A stretch of 64,000 bases of DNA from Candidatus Woesebacteria bacterium (GTDB taxonomy: Bacteria > Patescibacteriota > Microgenomatia > UBA8517): NCBI GenBank assembly GCA_013426185.1, contig CP058602.1:463123-527122 (forward strand). Direction: 5' to 3'. Shown here piece by piece: positions 1-9,487 of the stretch. How positions within the stretch are numbered: position 1 is the stretch's first letter; each line of letters begins with the position of its first letter. The notes beneath the pieces were generated by a model. The model was not told where the DNA came from and made no database searches. It saw only the letters and a list, made by a program, of their open reading frames with translations. The position numbers and the translations under genes are program-made.

Positions 1-105
1 CAGCGTCAAGCACGGAATCTCCCAAAAACGAATCTACCAAATACGAGACAAGATGCTTGCTCGCATGCAAAGGCTAGGCATCGAACCAGGAAAGGAGGGT
101 CGACC

Positions 106-366
106 ATGATGGATTACGCAGCAACCACCTACCAACCGCAGCGCAATCACGACATAGGGCTACTGGCAAAAGTAATCCTCATCAGCAGCGGAGCTTTAAT
201 CCTCGGCTGGGCTTTTATCAAGGGCATAGACACCACCTTTGAAAACCAGGATCGTATGAACTGCAGGAGCGCAAAGGTAAGCGGGAACGAGGAATGGCTC
301 GAAAAATGCCAATGCTATTACGATGGACAGCCAATAAGTTGCATCCAAACCTATGACGAAAAATAA
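106..366 (+). CDS. small hydrophobic protein (TM segment, Cys-rich C-terminus)
   Basis: ORF with SD AAGGAGGG upstream; hydrophobic stretch LLAKVILISSGALILGWAFI. Confidence 0.3.
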   Translation: MMDYAATTYQPQRNHDIGLLAKVILISSGALILGWAFIKGIDTTFENQDRMNCRSAKVSGNEEWLEKCQCYYDGQPISCIQTYDEK

Positions 367-1039
367 CGAGCTGACCACAATCCAAAAGACAGAGCTGACG
401 CAAACAGTGAACCGATTGTTTGCCACCAAGACACCTGCGAAGTTTATCAAAACCAGACCAGGAGCAGGCGGAAAACCAGTCAGGTATGTAGAGGTCGGCT
501 ACATCATCAACGAGCTGAATCGAGCCTTCGGCGCATTCTGGGAATTTAAAGTGGTCGACAAGCAGGTGGGTAAAAAACAGATATGGGTGCAGGGACAACT
601 GACGGTCAAAGACTATAAAACCAACTTCACTATAACCAAAGAAACCTTCGGGGGTGCAGACATTAAATTCCGCAGAGATACAGGAGAAGTGGTCGACATT
701 GCCAACGATCTCAAAGCAGCTGTAAGCGACTGCATCAAGAAATGCGCCTCAATGTTTGGAATAGCAGCCGATGTCTTCTTCAAAGAACAACAACTCTACG
801 ATGAAATGCCAACAGTAGTAGATGTAGAAAACGGCACTAGGGAATCACTTCTGCGTATAGTCCAACAGAAATACTTCGCCGTCGCAAAAAAGCTGGGCTT
901 CGAAGGCGAAGACGCCAAACAAAAAGCCAAAAAGCGCTACCAGGTTGAGTCATTCAACGACATCAGCATCGAAGACCTAACCAGATTTATCGAGGAGATG
1001 GAAGCATTCTCAGGAGACGAAGGAGGGCAAACACCATGA
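353..1039 (+). CDS. Rad52/Sak-like single-strand annealing protein (phage recombinase)
   Basis: Motif PVRYVEVGYIINELNRAFGAFWEFKVV resembles the Rad52 N-terminal fold (V.Y.EG..VI..AN..FGF.GWS); early-module position. Confidence 0.5.
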   Translation: MTKNNELTTIQKTELTQTVNRLFATKTPAKFIKTRPGAGGKPVRYVEVGYIINELNRAFGAFWEFKVVDKQVGKKQIWVQGQLTVKDYKTNFTITKETFGGADIKFRRDTGEVVDIANDLKAAVSDCIKKCASMFGIAADVFFKEQQLYDEMPTVVDVENGTRESLLRIVQQKYFAVAKKLGFEGEDAKQKAKKRYQVESFNDISIEDLTRFIEEMEAFSGDEGGQTP

Positions 1040-1842
1040 CAGATAAGATTATCGATCAAAGAAAACTTACTCCAGATAATTCGACAGCCGTCCCAAACGA
1101 CTTGGTCGATAAATACCTGCCAATGTTCAAAGGCGAGCAGCTGGCAGCAGTCCTCGATTTAATCCAGCAGACTTATAAAGCGGGGCTGGAGATCGGGCGA
1201 AGCGAGTCGAGCTTTTTTGTAGTAATTCCGATTGAAATCCTCCAGAGTCAAGACCTATCACAACTGGCAAAAATCCTCTATGGCGGAGTCATCGCACTAA
1301 GTAGGCAATCAGGCTTCTGCTACGCCACAAACAGATACCTAGCTCGCACCATCGGAGTAGCTGAGAAATCAGTAAACAGACCGCTCAGGGAGCTGGCTGA
1401 AAAGGGCAAGATCAGGATCGAAGTCAAGAGAGACAAATCAGGAACGCACCGCTTTATCTACCCAGTTTTTACATGGGGGGGGTTGTCAAAGAACAGGGAG
1501 GGGGGTTGCCAAAGAGCAAGGGGGGGATTAGCTAAAGAGCAAGGACAAAAGATAAATAGACAAAGAATAAATAAACAAAAAACCGTTACAAACGGTAATA
1601 AAAGTATCTTCAAAAAACTACCCACACTCCCCATGCCCCAGGAGCAAAAGGACTACATCAAAGACGAAATCCTCAAGGTCTTAAAAGACAAACACTCAGA
1701 GCGCTTCTACTACTTGGTCGCTTCTAAAGTCCCAGAGAGTGTAATCCGCCAAGCCTTATCAGAAATAAAAGCCGACGATGCAAACGATCCTGCGAAGGTC
1801 TTTACCTTCCGCATGAACAAATACGCCGAAGAAAAAATTTAG
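1036..1842 (+). CDS. winged-helix replication or replisome-organizer-like protein
   Basis: wHTH-like segment ILYGGVIALSRQSGFCYATNRYLARTIGVAEKSVNRPLRELAEKGKIRIE; contains an internal G-tract tandem repeat. Confidence 0.35.
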   Translation: MTDKIIDQRKLTPDNSTAVPNDLVDKYLPMFKGEQLAAVLDLIQQTYKAGLEIGRSESSFFVVIPIEILQSQDLSQLAKILYGGVIALSRQSGFCYATNRYLARTIGVAEKSVNRPLRELAEKGKIRIEVKRDKSGTHRFIYPVFTWGGLSKNREGGCQRARGGLAKEQGQKINRQRINKQKTVTNGNKSIFKKLPTLPMPQEQKDYIKDEILKVLKDKHSERFYYLVASKVPESVIRQALSEIKADDANDPAKVFTFRMNKYAEEKI

Positions 1843-1853
1843 CATGACCACCT

Positions 1854-2579
1854 ATGAAAAAAGCAATCTTGATTTTACTAACCATCCTGACAATAGCGGG
1901 CATAACAGCCAAAGTAACCTATGACAAAAACCGCACACCAGCAATACAGAAAAGCAATGAGACGACTCAGCCGACTGCTGAACCGACCCCTACCCCTCTA
2001 CCCGATCCACGCATTGAGATCGTGGCTGGGCGGTTGGCTGAAGAAGGCAGTCCGCTCACTGGCAAAGCTAATGTCTTTGTTAATTGCGGGAGCGACAACG
2101 GCATTGATCCGTATTTACTCGTGGGTATCACAGCAATCGAAAGCAGCTTTGGAAAGAATGCGTGTGGAGGCAACGCCTGGGGCTGGGCAAGCTGCAAAGT
2201 TCGACATTCCTCGCTTGAAGCTGGATGCCAATCAGTCGCCGAAGGAATCGCAACAGCACCTGCTTACAGTCGATACCGCCAAACAGGTCGAATCGAGGAT
2301 CTGGCAAACAGTTATTGCCCCTCAAATTCAGGTTGCCAGACGCAAAAGTGGGTGGCAGTCGTTCAAGGAGTCATCACCGATCTTCAGGATCGGGAGTTCA
2401 TCAGAGCTATGGAAGACCTAACCAAATACCTACCAGGAGACAAGGGTAAAGAAGAAATCCAGAACAACCTAGAGGAACTAAAAAAGCGCCTGGAAACAGC
2501 ATCGGGAACAAACAAAGAGGTTATTGAGATTTTAATCAGAGCCAACGAAAGAGCGCTGGAGAAAGGAGGGCGACAATGA
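1854..2579 (+). CDS. membrane-anchored or secreted protein with lytic-transglycosylase-like motif (weak)
   Basis: N-terminal hydrophobic anchor; motif AIESSFG...GGNAWGW loosely SLT-like. Confidence 0.3.
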   Translation: MKKAILILLTILTIAGITAKVTYDKNRTPAIQKSNETTQPTAEPTPTPLPDPRIEIVAGRLAEEGSPLTGKANVFVNCGSDNGIDPYLLVGITAIESSFGKNACGGNAWGWASCKVRHSSLEAGCQSVAEGIATAPAYSRYRQTGRIEDLANSYCPSNSGCQTQKWVAVVQGVITDLQDREFIRAMEDLTKYLPGDKGKEEIQNNLEELKKRLETASGTNKEVIEILIRANERALEKGGRQ

Positions 2580-3529
2580 AAGGCAAAATCATAAATGACC
2601 AATGTAAAAAATGTGGAATAGCGATTAAAACGACTCATTATCGAAAAAACCAAACATACTGCCAACGATGCAGAAAGAAAGCCCACAACGCCTCGGTTAG
2701 AAAATGGCGACGTAAAGTGCTTGAGAAGAAAATAAAGGAATCCCAGGGGCAAAAGAGGGATATTGGATTTCCAACCAACATCAACTATTACAAGCCATTT
2801 TATAAAGTTGAGAACGGATATGGATACGAAGGAGTCTTGCTTTGTGATAACAAGACAGGAGAGGTGCAATGCCATATTTGCGGAGGTTGGTTTCATTGGC
2901 TGCAAAACCATATTAGGGGAACTCATAAGCTATCAGCAGATGAGTATAGAAAACAATTCAAATTAAATTGGACTACGGCACTTTGTTCAGAAAAAGTCCG
3001 AGAACAGTTAGTGCGGAGGGCGATGACCTACCCCTGGGAGCGATTGAAAAAAAACGGGGAAAAACTTGTCAGAATGTCAAAAAATGGGAAAAACCGCAAC
3101 TCAAAATGGAGAGAGAGAAATCACCAAACATTAGAAGGTAAAAATAAATTGGGGTTATGTTCACTTCAGATTATCGAGAGGTTGATAAGAATCAGTAAAA
3201 AGCTAGGTAGACAACCTTACACCCACGAAATGATTGGTGACCGAGGCACAAACATCCGAGGGGCTATTATAAGAAATTTTGGATCAGTGGCAGAGGTCAG
3301 AAGAATTTTAGCGATGCAGGGATATGTCTACCAAAGCAGATATGGCAGAAAAACATTCACCGACCAGCAGCTTCTCGGAAGCCTAAAAAAATTTGCTGAA
3401 GTATACAAACGACGCCCCTCCTACTCAGACATTGCCAGGGGGATTCTATACAGCAAGTCAACTTACGAAAAAAGGTTTGGGAGCTGGAGAAAAGCAAAAG
3501 AATTAGCCTTTGCCAGTAATAACATATGA
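2576..3529 (+). CDS. Ros/MucR-family zinc-finger DNA-binding protein (long form) with N-terminal Cys4 zinc ribbon
   Basis: C-X2-C-X9-H-X4-H (CHICGGWFHWLQNHIRGTH) with the spacing seen in Ros/MucR; downstream LSADEYRKQFKLN parallels MucR LTPEEYREKWGLP; N-terminal CKKCG...CQRC. Confidence 0.6.
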   Translation: MKGKIINDQCKKCGIAIKTTHYRKNQTYCQRCRKKAHNASVRKWRRKVLEKKIKESQGQKRDIGFPTNINYYKPFYKVENGYGYEGVLLCDNKTGEVQCHICGGWFHWLQNHIRGTHKLSADEYRKQFKLNWTTALCSEKVREQLVRRAMTYPWERLKKNGEKLVRMSKNGKNRNSKWRERNHQTLEGKNKLGLCSLQIIERLIRISKKLGRQPYTHEMIGDRGTNIRGAIIRNFGSVAEVRRILAMQGYVYQSRYGRKTFTDQQLLGSLKKFAEVYKRRPSYSDIARGILYSKSTYEKRFGSWRKAKELAFASNNI

Positions 3530-3870
3530 GCAAAACCTACACCTACAAATCAATTCAAGACCTGCTTCGTGCGGTGTTGGATGAACACCCAGAGGCAAAG
3601 AATAACTATAACGAAATGGTGCTGAGGGTATGGCAGGCATGCGGGGCAAAAATCCCAGAAGCTCTGATTGCCTACACGAAGTGGCACTGCCCCTCGCCAG
3701 AGACAATCTCCAGGGCGCATCGAGACTTGAAGAATGTGAGCAAGATCATATCGACACCAGAGGGTAGCAAACTTACCTACCCCTACCGACCCGATCCAGA
3801 TGTCCTGGCAGCCAGGAAATCACGGCAAATTCAAATGACAGAGATGTTTAGAAATCAAAAAAGCCTATGA
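3526..3870 (+). CDS. hypothetical phage protein
   Basis: ORF in co-directional early module. Confidence 0.3.
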   Translation: MSKTYTYKSIQDLLRAVLDEHPEAKNNYNEMVLRVWQACGAKIPEALIAYTKWHCPSPETISRAHRDLKNVSKIISTPEGSKLTYPYRPDPDVLAARKSRQIQMTEMFRNQKSL

Positions 3871-4199
3871 ACAAAACAGAAAAAAGAGCGTTCGACAGAC
3901 TAAGGGTTGCAGGCTACCAAGTCGAGCAGCCGATCAACAAAACCCTGCGAACAAAGAAGGGCTTTATAACGATCCGCCACGACCTCTGGGGCATTTGGGA
4001 CTTTTGTGCGGTTAACGCCAAAGAGATTAGGTTTATACAGGTCGCTGAGAAATACTTCAGCCAGAAACCGAAAGCCGACCAGATAGATATGCTGCAGTTC
4101 CCCAACCCGCCCCATACCAGAAAAGAATACTGGCATTGGGATAAAAAGAAAGGCGATTTTATTATCGAGGAAATAAAAGGAGGTGACAACCATGCCTAA
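3867..4199 (+). CDS. putative VRR-NUC / PD-(D/E)xK-like nuclease
   Basis: HDLWGIWDFCAV...IRFIQVAEK...KADQIDML resembles the VRR-NUC core (PDl...fiEvK...Q). Confidence 0.3.
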   Translation: MNKTEKRAFDRLRVAGYQVEQPINKTLRTKKGFITIRHDLWGIWDFCAVNAKEIRFIQVAEKYFSQKPKADQIDMLQFPNPPHTRKEYWHWDKKKGDFIIEEIKGGDNHA

Positions 4200-4662
4200 A
4201 ACACAACCAAAAGCAATACCAACCAAAGAAGCATTCGGCACGCTGACAAAAAAGGATATTGACCTGCTCTTTGTCTTCGCTGAGCGCCTCTGGGATGGCG
4301 ACCATCAGCATCTCTTAAAACAGCGAAAGGTGCTGGCAACGGCTCTCATGAAGGCGCTGGACAAACTCGGAAGCCAGAGAGAGGTCAGCAAGAAGAGATA
4401 TACCATCTCAACCCAGGAATTCAAGAGCCTGGAGGCAGCAGAGGCGAAAATCCGAGAGTGGTATGAGGATGACGAGCTGCGGGAAGGCACAAAGGTCTTC
4501 GAAATAACAGGAGTTACTTACAAACCAGAATTAAAACTCGTAAAGGAGGTGAGTGAACATGGCAAACAAAAAACCAAAATACCATTTCGAGGGCAAACGC
4601 AAGGATGCCAACGGCAAAGATGTTTATGTCTTAGTCGACCTGAAAACCAAAAAACAGATTGA
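4183..4662 (+). CDS. hypothetical phage protein
   Basis: ORF with SD AAAGGAGGTGA; the C-terminal tail may be frame read-through (see small ORF 4559..4717). Confidence 0.3.
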   Translation: MTTMPKTQPKAIPTKEAFGTLTKKDIDLLFVFAERLWDGDHQHLLKQRKVLATALMKALDKLGSQREVSKKRYTISTQEFKSLEAAEAKIREWYEDDELREGTKVFEITGVTYKPELKLVKEVSEHGKQKTKIPFRGQTQGCQRQRCLCLSRPENQKTD

Positions 4663-4723
4663 GGTAGACCAGGAAACTTTTGTTAACAAAGAGGCTGCAG
4701 GAGAAATTGAAAGATAAAAACCT

Positions 4724-4957
4724 ATGACCAAAAAACAGCGCTTAGAAAAATTCCTAGACAAACTTGAACAGGAGCTGGTAATCCGTGAGGTCAACCACGC
4801 CTTTATAAGCGAGCTAGACCCAAGCCAGCCTTGGGGCATTATGCAGAAAACTAAGCAGGATGCACTGGTGCAGGAGGAAATCAACCTGAAAAAAATAGCA
4901 AAGATGATTGAGATTACTAAAAAGTTAATCGCCAAAGAAGGAGGTGATAGCAAATGA
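4724..4957 (+). CDS. hypothetical phage protein
   Basis: ORF with TAAAAACCTATG start context. Confidence 0.3.
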   Translation: MTKKQRLEKFLDKLEQELVIREVNHAFISELDPSQPWGIMQKTKQDALVQEEINLKKIAKMIEITKKLIAKEGGDSK

Positions 4958-5018
4958 CCGATGCAGAAAAAAAGCGCCTTGAAGAACTTCGTAAAAAAGA
5001 AGACATGACTGAGAAGGA

Positions 5019-5306
5019 TTGGGAGGAGCTGAGAAAGCTAGAAAAGAAAGAGGAGGCAGAGGCGAAGCCAAAAAAAGAGTAATCCTCTCACCCCTGGGGG
5101 TGGGACAGGTCTCGCCCTCAGTATTGAAAGGATTACTAAGAAACATGGCAAATATAGACACAAAACTAAGAAAGCTAATATATGAGTTCCTTCGAGCAAT
5201 CGAAGGTAAGTCGGCGTTTGAAAAGCTGCCCATCATCGAGGACTTAATCCAACAGACCAAAGATTTATTCAAAGAAGAAATCGAGAAAGGAGGTGAGAAT
5301 CCGTGA
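5019..5306 (+). CDS. hypothetical phage protein
   Basis: ORF; the true start may be the downstream Met MANIDTK. Confidence 0.25.
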   Translation: MGGAEKARKERGGRGEAKKRVILSPLGVGQVSPSVLKGLLRNMANIDTKLRKLIYEFLRAIEGKSAFEKLPIIEDLIQQTKDLFKEEIEKGGENP

Positions 5307-5509
5307 AGCAAGTAGTCAGATGCGTGGGGTGCAGCAAAATCGTAGGGCTTTATAAGTCCTACAGTGTGACTGTTACCGAGACTCCTATCGAAAACGGCAA
5401 ACGACTGGCGGAAGTAACTTACAAAGCGAGAATTTGTAGGGACTGCGCCGAAGGTGCTGGTTACAAAGTTAGCAGGAGAAAAAAACGCCATGAATCAAAA
5501 AAAGATTAA
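5303..5509 (+). CDS. small zinc-ribbon protein
   Basis: CVGCS...CRDC four-Cys motif; SD GAAAGGAGGTGA upstream. Confidence 0.35.
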   Translation: MKQVVRCVGCSKIVGLYKSYSVTVTETPIENGKRLAEVTYKARICRDCAEGAGYKVSRRKKRHESKKD

Positions 5510-5672
5510 GTTAATGCGAAGGCTGGCACGAAGTGCTGGACTGCCTATTAAGGTGGTCAAACGAAATTATAAAGCGCTCAACTCCCCACAGCGTGATGAA
5601 CTTGCAAGGGAGCTAAAGCGGATTCAACAGGCAACCTATGATAAACATCAAGCCAATCAAACCGTTACTTAA
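5490..5672 (+). CDS. hypothetical small basic protein
   Basis: Likely start MNQKKIKL preceded by AGGAG; ORF track gives 5454. Confidence 0.25.
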   Translation: MNQKKIKLMRRLARSAGLPIKVVKRNYKALNSPQRDELARELKRIQQATYDKHQANQTVT

Positions 5673-5809
5673 AGAGGATTATATCTCCCCTCACCTGCAG
5701 GATGAGCAGAAAAAGCGGGAGATCGAGCCAATAACCAAAGAAGGGTTAGGCTGGCGGGAGCGCCTCTGGCTTTGGTTGGTGCGAGTAATTACTAAATTCC
5801 TAAGAAAAT

Positions 5810-7108
5810 ATGGCTAACGAAATAAAATACCCAACCATTCCGATAAGCACGCTACGATTTGCCGAATACAATCCCAGGCAAATCACCAGGAGCGTGATCG
5901 AATCGCTGAAAAAGTCAATTAAACGATTCGGTAGTGTTGTGCCGATAGTGGTTAACACTTATAAAGGCAGAGAAAATGTTGTAGTTGGTGGAGAAAAACG
6001 AGTGCGGGCAGCGACAGAGCTGGGTATGAGCGACATTCCATACATCGCAGTCAACCTCCCACTGGCTGAGGAGAAAGCGCTAAACCTGGCACTAAACAAA
6101 ATCGAGGACAGGTGGGACGATGCAAAGCTGGCAGCTGTGATGACTGACCTGGCAAAAGTGGACTTTGATTTATCGGTGACTGGCTTTAATGAAGTGGAGA
6201 TAAGTAATCTCCTCGATACAACTATGCTCCTTGACTTGCCAGAGGAAGAACCCTGGGATACGGAAAAAGAGTTGGCAAAGATAACTGAGCCAATCTCAAA
6301 ATATGGAGAGGTTTATCAGTTGGGCAAGCACCGCCTCATGTGCGGAGATGCTACCAAGCCAGAGGATGTGGCAAAACTGATGGACGGCAAGAAAGCCGAT
6401 ATGGTTTTCACCGATCCTCCCTATAATGTCGCTCACACTAGCAGAGAAAAGAAAGGTAAATTCCACACAGAGAAAGGCACAATTCTAGGAGATGACCAAA
6501 GTCAGGAGGAATTCCGAGCCTTCACTAGTGCATTTTTCAAGAACTACAGCGACATCTTAAAACCTGGCGGGGTGATTTATGTCTGCACGGGCTACAGCTC
6601 ATACCCCCTATTTTACTATCAAATGCTGAACGCAGGCTTTGAATTCAGTTCAACAATAGTCTGGGTCAAACCGAGCTTTGCCATCGGCTGGGGAGATTAT
6701 AAAAAACAATATGAGCAAGTGATGAAGGGGCTGCGAAGGGCAGGTAAAAGCAAAGCCGAACCAATTCTATACGGTTGGAAACAGGGAGAGCGCCATCACT
6801 TTGAAGGCGATGCTAACGAAAGCGATGTCTGGGAGTTCCCCCGCAAAGCAATCACTGAGATGGTTCACCCAACAGAGAAACCAGAGTGGCTGATTATGAA
6901 AGCACTAAGGGGTGGGAGTCGTGTCGGACAGTTGGTGGTGGATTTATTCGGCGGAAGCGGGTCAACACTGATAGCAGCACACAAACTGGGGCGTATTTGT
7001 TACTTAATGGAACTCGACCCGAAGTTCTGCGATTTGATCAGAAAACGAGCAGAAAGGCTAAAAAATAATGAAAACCAGCAGTTTCCTAGCCTTGTCGACG
7101 CTGTGTAA
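5810..7108 (+). CDS. ParB-like nuclease domain fused to DNA methyltransferase (beta-class N6A/N4C, DPPY motif)
   Basis: N-terminal ParB/Srx fold (RFAEYNPRQITRSVIESLKKSIKRFGSVVPIVVN, GGEKRVRA); MTase motif IV DPPYN followed by motif I FGGSGST. Confidence 0.8.
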   Translation: MANEIKYPTIPISTLRFAEYNPRQITRSVIESLKKSIKRFGSVVPIVVNTYKGRENVVVGGEKRVRAATELGMSDIPYIAVNLPLAEEKALNLALNKIEDRWDDAKLAAVMTDLAKVDFDLSVTGFNEVEISNLLDTTMLLDLPEEEPWDTEKELAKITEPISKYGEVYQLGKHRLMCGDATKPEDVAKLMDGKKADMVFTDPPYNVAHTSREKKGKFHTEKGTILGDDQSQEEFRAFTSAFFKNYSDILKPGGVIYVCTGYSSYPLFYYQMLNAGFEFSSTIVWVKPSFAIGWGDYKKQYEQVMKGLRRAGKSKAEPILYGWKQGERHHFEGDANESDVWEFPRKAITEMVHPTEKPEWLIMKALRGGSRVGQLVVDLFGGSGSTLIAAHKLGRICYLMELDPKFCDLIRKRAERLKNNENQQFPSLVDAV

Positions 7109-7163
7109 TGCCCCAGGAGGGGCGATTCAAGGTCAAGTGGAATACAACAACCTATAAAAACAT

Positions 7164-7757
7164 ATGAGTAGACAACAAGTAAAAATACAACCAAACTTAA
7201 GCACTTCAAAGATGCCTGGCGAAAGGCAAAGGGAGTATACGGCATGGCTTCTTTACTGCGAAGCGGGCAGCTACGAAAAGACGCTACGGATGTGGATTGC
7301 GATATACCACCGAACTACCACTGAAATACCACCAATTTTTACAGAAAATCTTGGTAAGCCAGTCAACATAAGAACACTGAAAGATTGGGGCAAAAAGTAT
7401 CAATGGGTAAAAAGAACCGACCTGCGATTAGCTGAGGAATTGGAGGAGTTAAAAATCAAAGCCGATAGAATCAGGCAAAAAAAGAGATTCGAGATAACCG
7501 ATGTCTTTTGGACAAGGCTACAAATGCTTAAAAAGCAAATGCAAAAAGGTGAGATTGTCACAGTTGCTGAGATCAAAGCCCTCTGGGAGATGATGCGTAC
7601 CGAATGGGGTGAGTCTATCGGCAAAACGCAAATCGAACATGGTATAAACCCAGAGGAGCAAAATCCTATCATCGATAGCCTGACTGAAAAGTTATTAAAG
7701 ATTTATAGACAAGAGCGTGATGAACAACGACGCAGAAACCATCATAAAAAATCTTGA
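7164..7757 (+). CDS. terminase small subunit candidate
   Basis: Immediately upstream of and overlapping TerL; size 197 aa; basic C-terminus. Confidence 0.4.
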   Translation: MSRQQVKIQPNLSTSKMPGERQREYTAWLLYCEAGSYEKTLRMWIAIYHRTTTEIPPIFTENLGKPVNIRTLKDWGKKYQWVKRTDLRLAEELEELKIKADRIRQKKRFEITDVFWTRLQMLKKQMQKGEIVTVAEIKALWEMMRTEWGESIGKTQIEHGINPEEQNPIIDSLTEKLLKIYRQERDEQRRRNHHKKS

Positions 7758-9291
7758 AAAGGCTGGTGTTGATTACTGGATCGAGCGCAACCAGATCAAG
7801 AACGAGAACGGTCTACCGATTGAGTTCGAAGACCACAGCTTTATGCTGGACATCTATCGGGACAATACCCAAGTGCAGGTAATTCAGAAAGCCTCGCAGG
7901 TGGGTGCAAGCACAATGGAAATTCTCAAAGTGCTGCACACGGCTAGATACCTGGGAGTCAACCAGATTTACACCCTGCCAACAACAGATGATGTCTACAA
8001 GTTTGTGCCGAGCAAAGTCAACCAGATTATAAAAATGAACCCCTGTATTAAGCGGGGAATTAGTCCGAAAGACATCGACTCGGTAGAACAAAAGCAGCTG
8101 GGCAAATCGTTTATCTTCTTCAAAGGTACTTTTACCGAGCGAGAAGCCATTATGCTAACCAGCGATTGTAACATTCACGACGAGCTAGACAAGTCAAAAG
8201 AGGAAGTGGTGCGGGACTACACTTCCCGTATGGGCTACTCGAAAATAAGACGGCAGCACTTCTTCTCCACTCCCACCATCCCTGACTTTGGTATCAACAA
8301 GCTATTTGAACAATCAGACCAGAAACACTGGCGTTTCAACTGCCCCCACTGCTCATTCCGCCAGCATATGGACTGGGAAAAGAATGTTGATGAGAAGCGG
8401 GGTATTTATGTCTGCCAGAAGTGTAAAAAGGAGATTACCCCGCAAGAGATAAACAGATACGGCAGTTGGGAGGCACGCTACCCTGGCAGACCAATCTCAG
8501 GCTACTGGATCAGCCAGATGAACTGCCCATGGAGAACAGCAGCAGACCTAATCAAAGAGAAAGAAGACGCTGAAGATGACACCTACTTCTACAACTATAT
8601 CCTGGGATTGCCTTACTTATCAGCCGAGCAGCGCATTCCAGCCAGCCTGTTCCTGCGCAACTTGACCGACAAAGAAGCCGAAGCAGCTGAAGACTACAAT
8701 GTGATGGGCATCGACACAGGATCAGGCACTGGTAAGGGCAATCATGTGATTATTGGCAATAAAACAGGCATCTTCTGGATGGGCGTATTGACTGACAAAG
8801 AAGGCTCAGACCGCTGGCAACAGACAGCCGAGCTTATAAAATTTTACGACATCAGGGTAACAGTAATTGACGGACAGCCCTACACAGTCGAAGCACTAAA
8901 CCTCGCAAGGCAATTCCCTTACAGGGTCTACCTCTGCTGGTTTAAAGACGATCCAAAAATGCTCGAAATTGTGCGCTTTTTTGATGAGCAAGAAGGCAAG
9001 GAAAAAGACTTGGAGGACGAAATAAAAGTGCTGGCATCCCGAACCAAAATTATCGACGAGACAATAACGGCGCTGCACAAGCACGAAATAAAGTTTGCCA
9101 TGCGTCCAGACAGCCCAACCTTCAAGTTGTTAATCGACCACGCTCAGACAATGTATGCCAGGTCAGTTACCGACAAGCTGGGACAGATAAAGAGAGAGTG
9201 GGCAAACACAGGGGCTAACGACTTTTTTCTAGCATTTATTTACTGGCATATAGCCATGAAGAAACGCAACAAGTATGAGCCAAACAAATAA
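7717..9291 (+). CDS. terminase large subunit, GpA (lambda/P2-like) family
   Basis: Walker A-like KASQVGAST (cf. lambda gpA KSARVGYS); CPHC...C..C motif; GIDTGSGTG nuclease-domain motif; size 524 aa. Confidence 0.7.
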   Translation: MMNNDAETIIKNLEKAGVDYWIERNQIKNENGLPIEFEDHSFMLDIYRDNTQVQVIQKASQVGASTMEILKVLHTARYLGVNQIYTLPTTDDVYKFVPSKVNQIIKMNPCIKRGISPKDIDSVEQKQLGKSFIFFKGTFTEREAIMLTSDCNIHDELDKSKEEVVRDYTSRMGYSKIRRQHFFSTPTIPDFGINKLFEQSDQKHWRFNCPHCSFRQHMDWEKNVDEKRGIYVCQKCKKEITPQEINRYGSWEARYPGRPISGYWISQMNCPWRTAADLIKEKEDAEDDTYFYNYILGLPYLSAEQRIPASLFLRNLTDKEAEAAEDYNVMGIDTGSGTGKGNHVIIGNKTGIFWMGVLTDKEGSDRWQQTAELIKFYDIRVTVIDGQPYTVEALNLARQFPYRVYLCWFKDDPKMLEIVRFFDEQEGKEKDLEDEIKVLASRTKIIDETITALHKHEIKFAMRPDSPTFKLLIDHAQTMYARSVTDKLGQIKREWANTGANDFFLAFIYWHIAMKKRNKYEPNK

Positions 9292-9487
9292 AATTACAAT
9301 CGATTTAACCCAGGCGGAGTTGGAGATCATACAAGACCTTCGCAAGATGTGCTATGGCAGGCTGACCATCTTCGTGCAGGATGGCAAGGCATTCCGAAAA
9401 GAAGTCACCGAATACAGGAAGCTCAACAAAGAGGGTAAGTTCAGTCCAGAGCGTGAGCAGCCAAAACCAAAGAGCGTAGAAATATAA
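9275..9487 (+). CDS. hypothetical small protein
   Basis: ORF following TerL. Confidence 0.3.
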   Translation: MSQTNKITIDLTQAELEIIQDLRKMCYGRLTIFVQDGKAFRKEVTEYRKLNKEGKFSPEREQPKPKSVEI

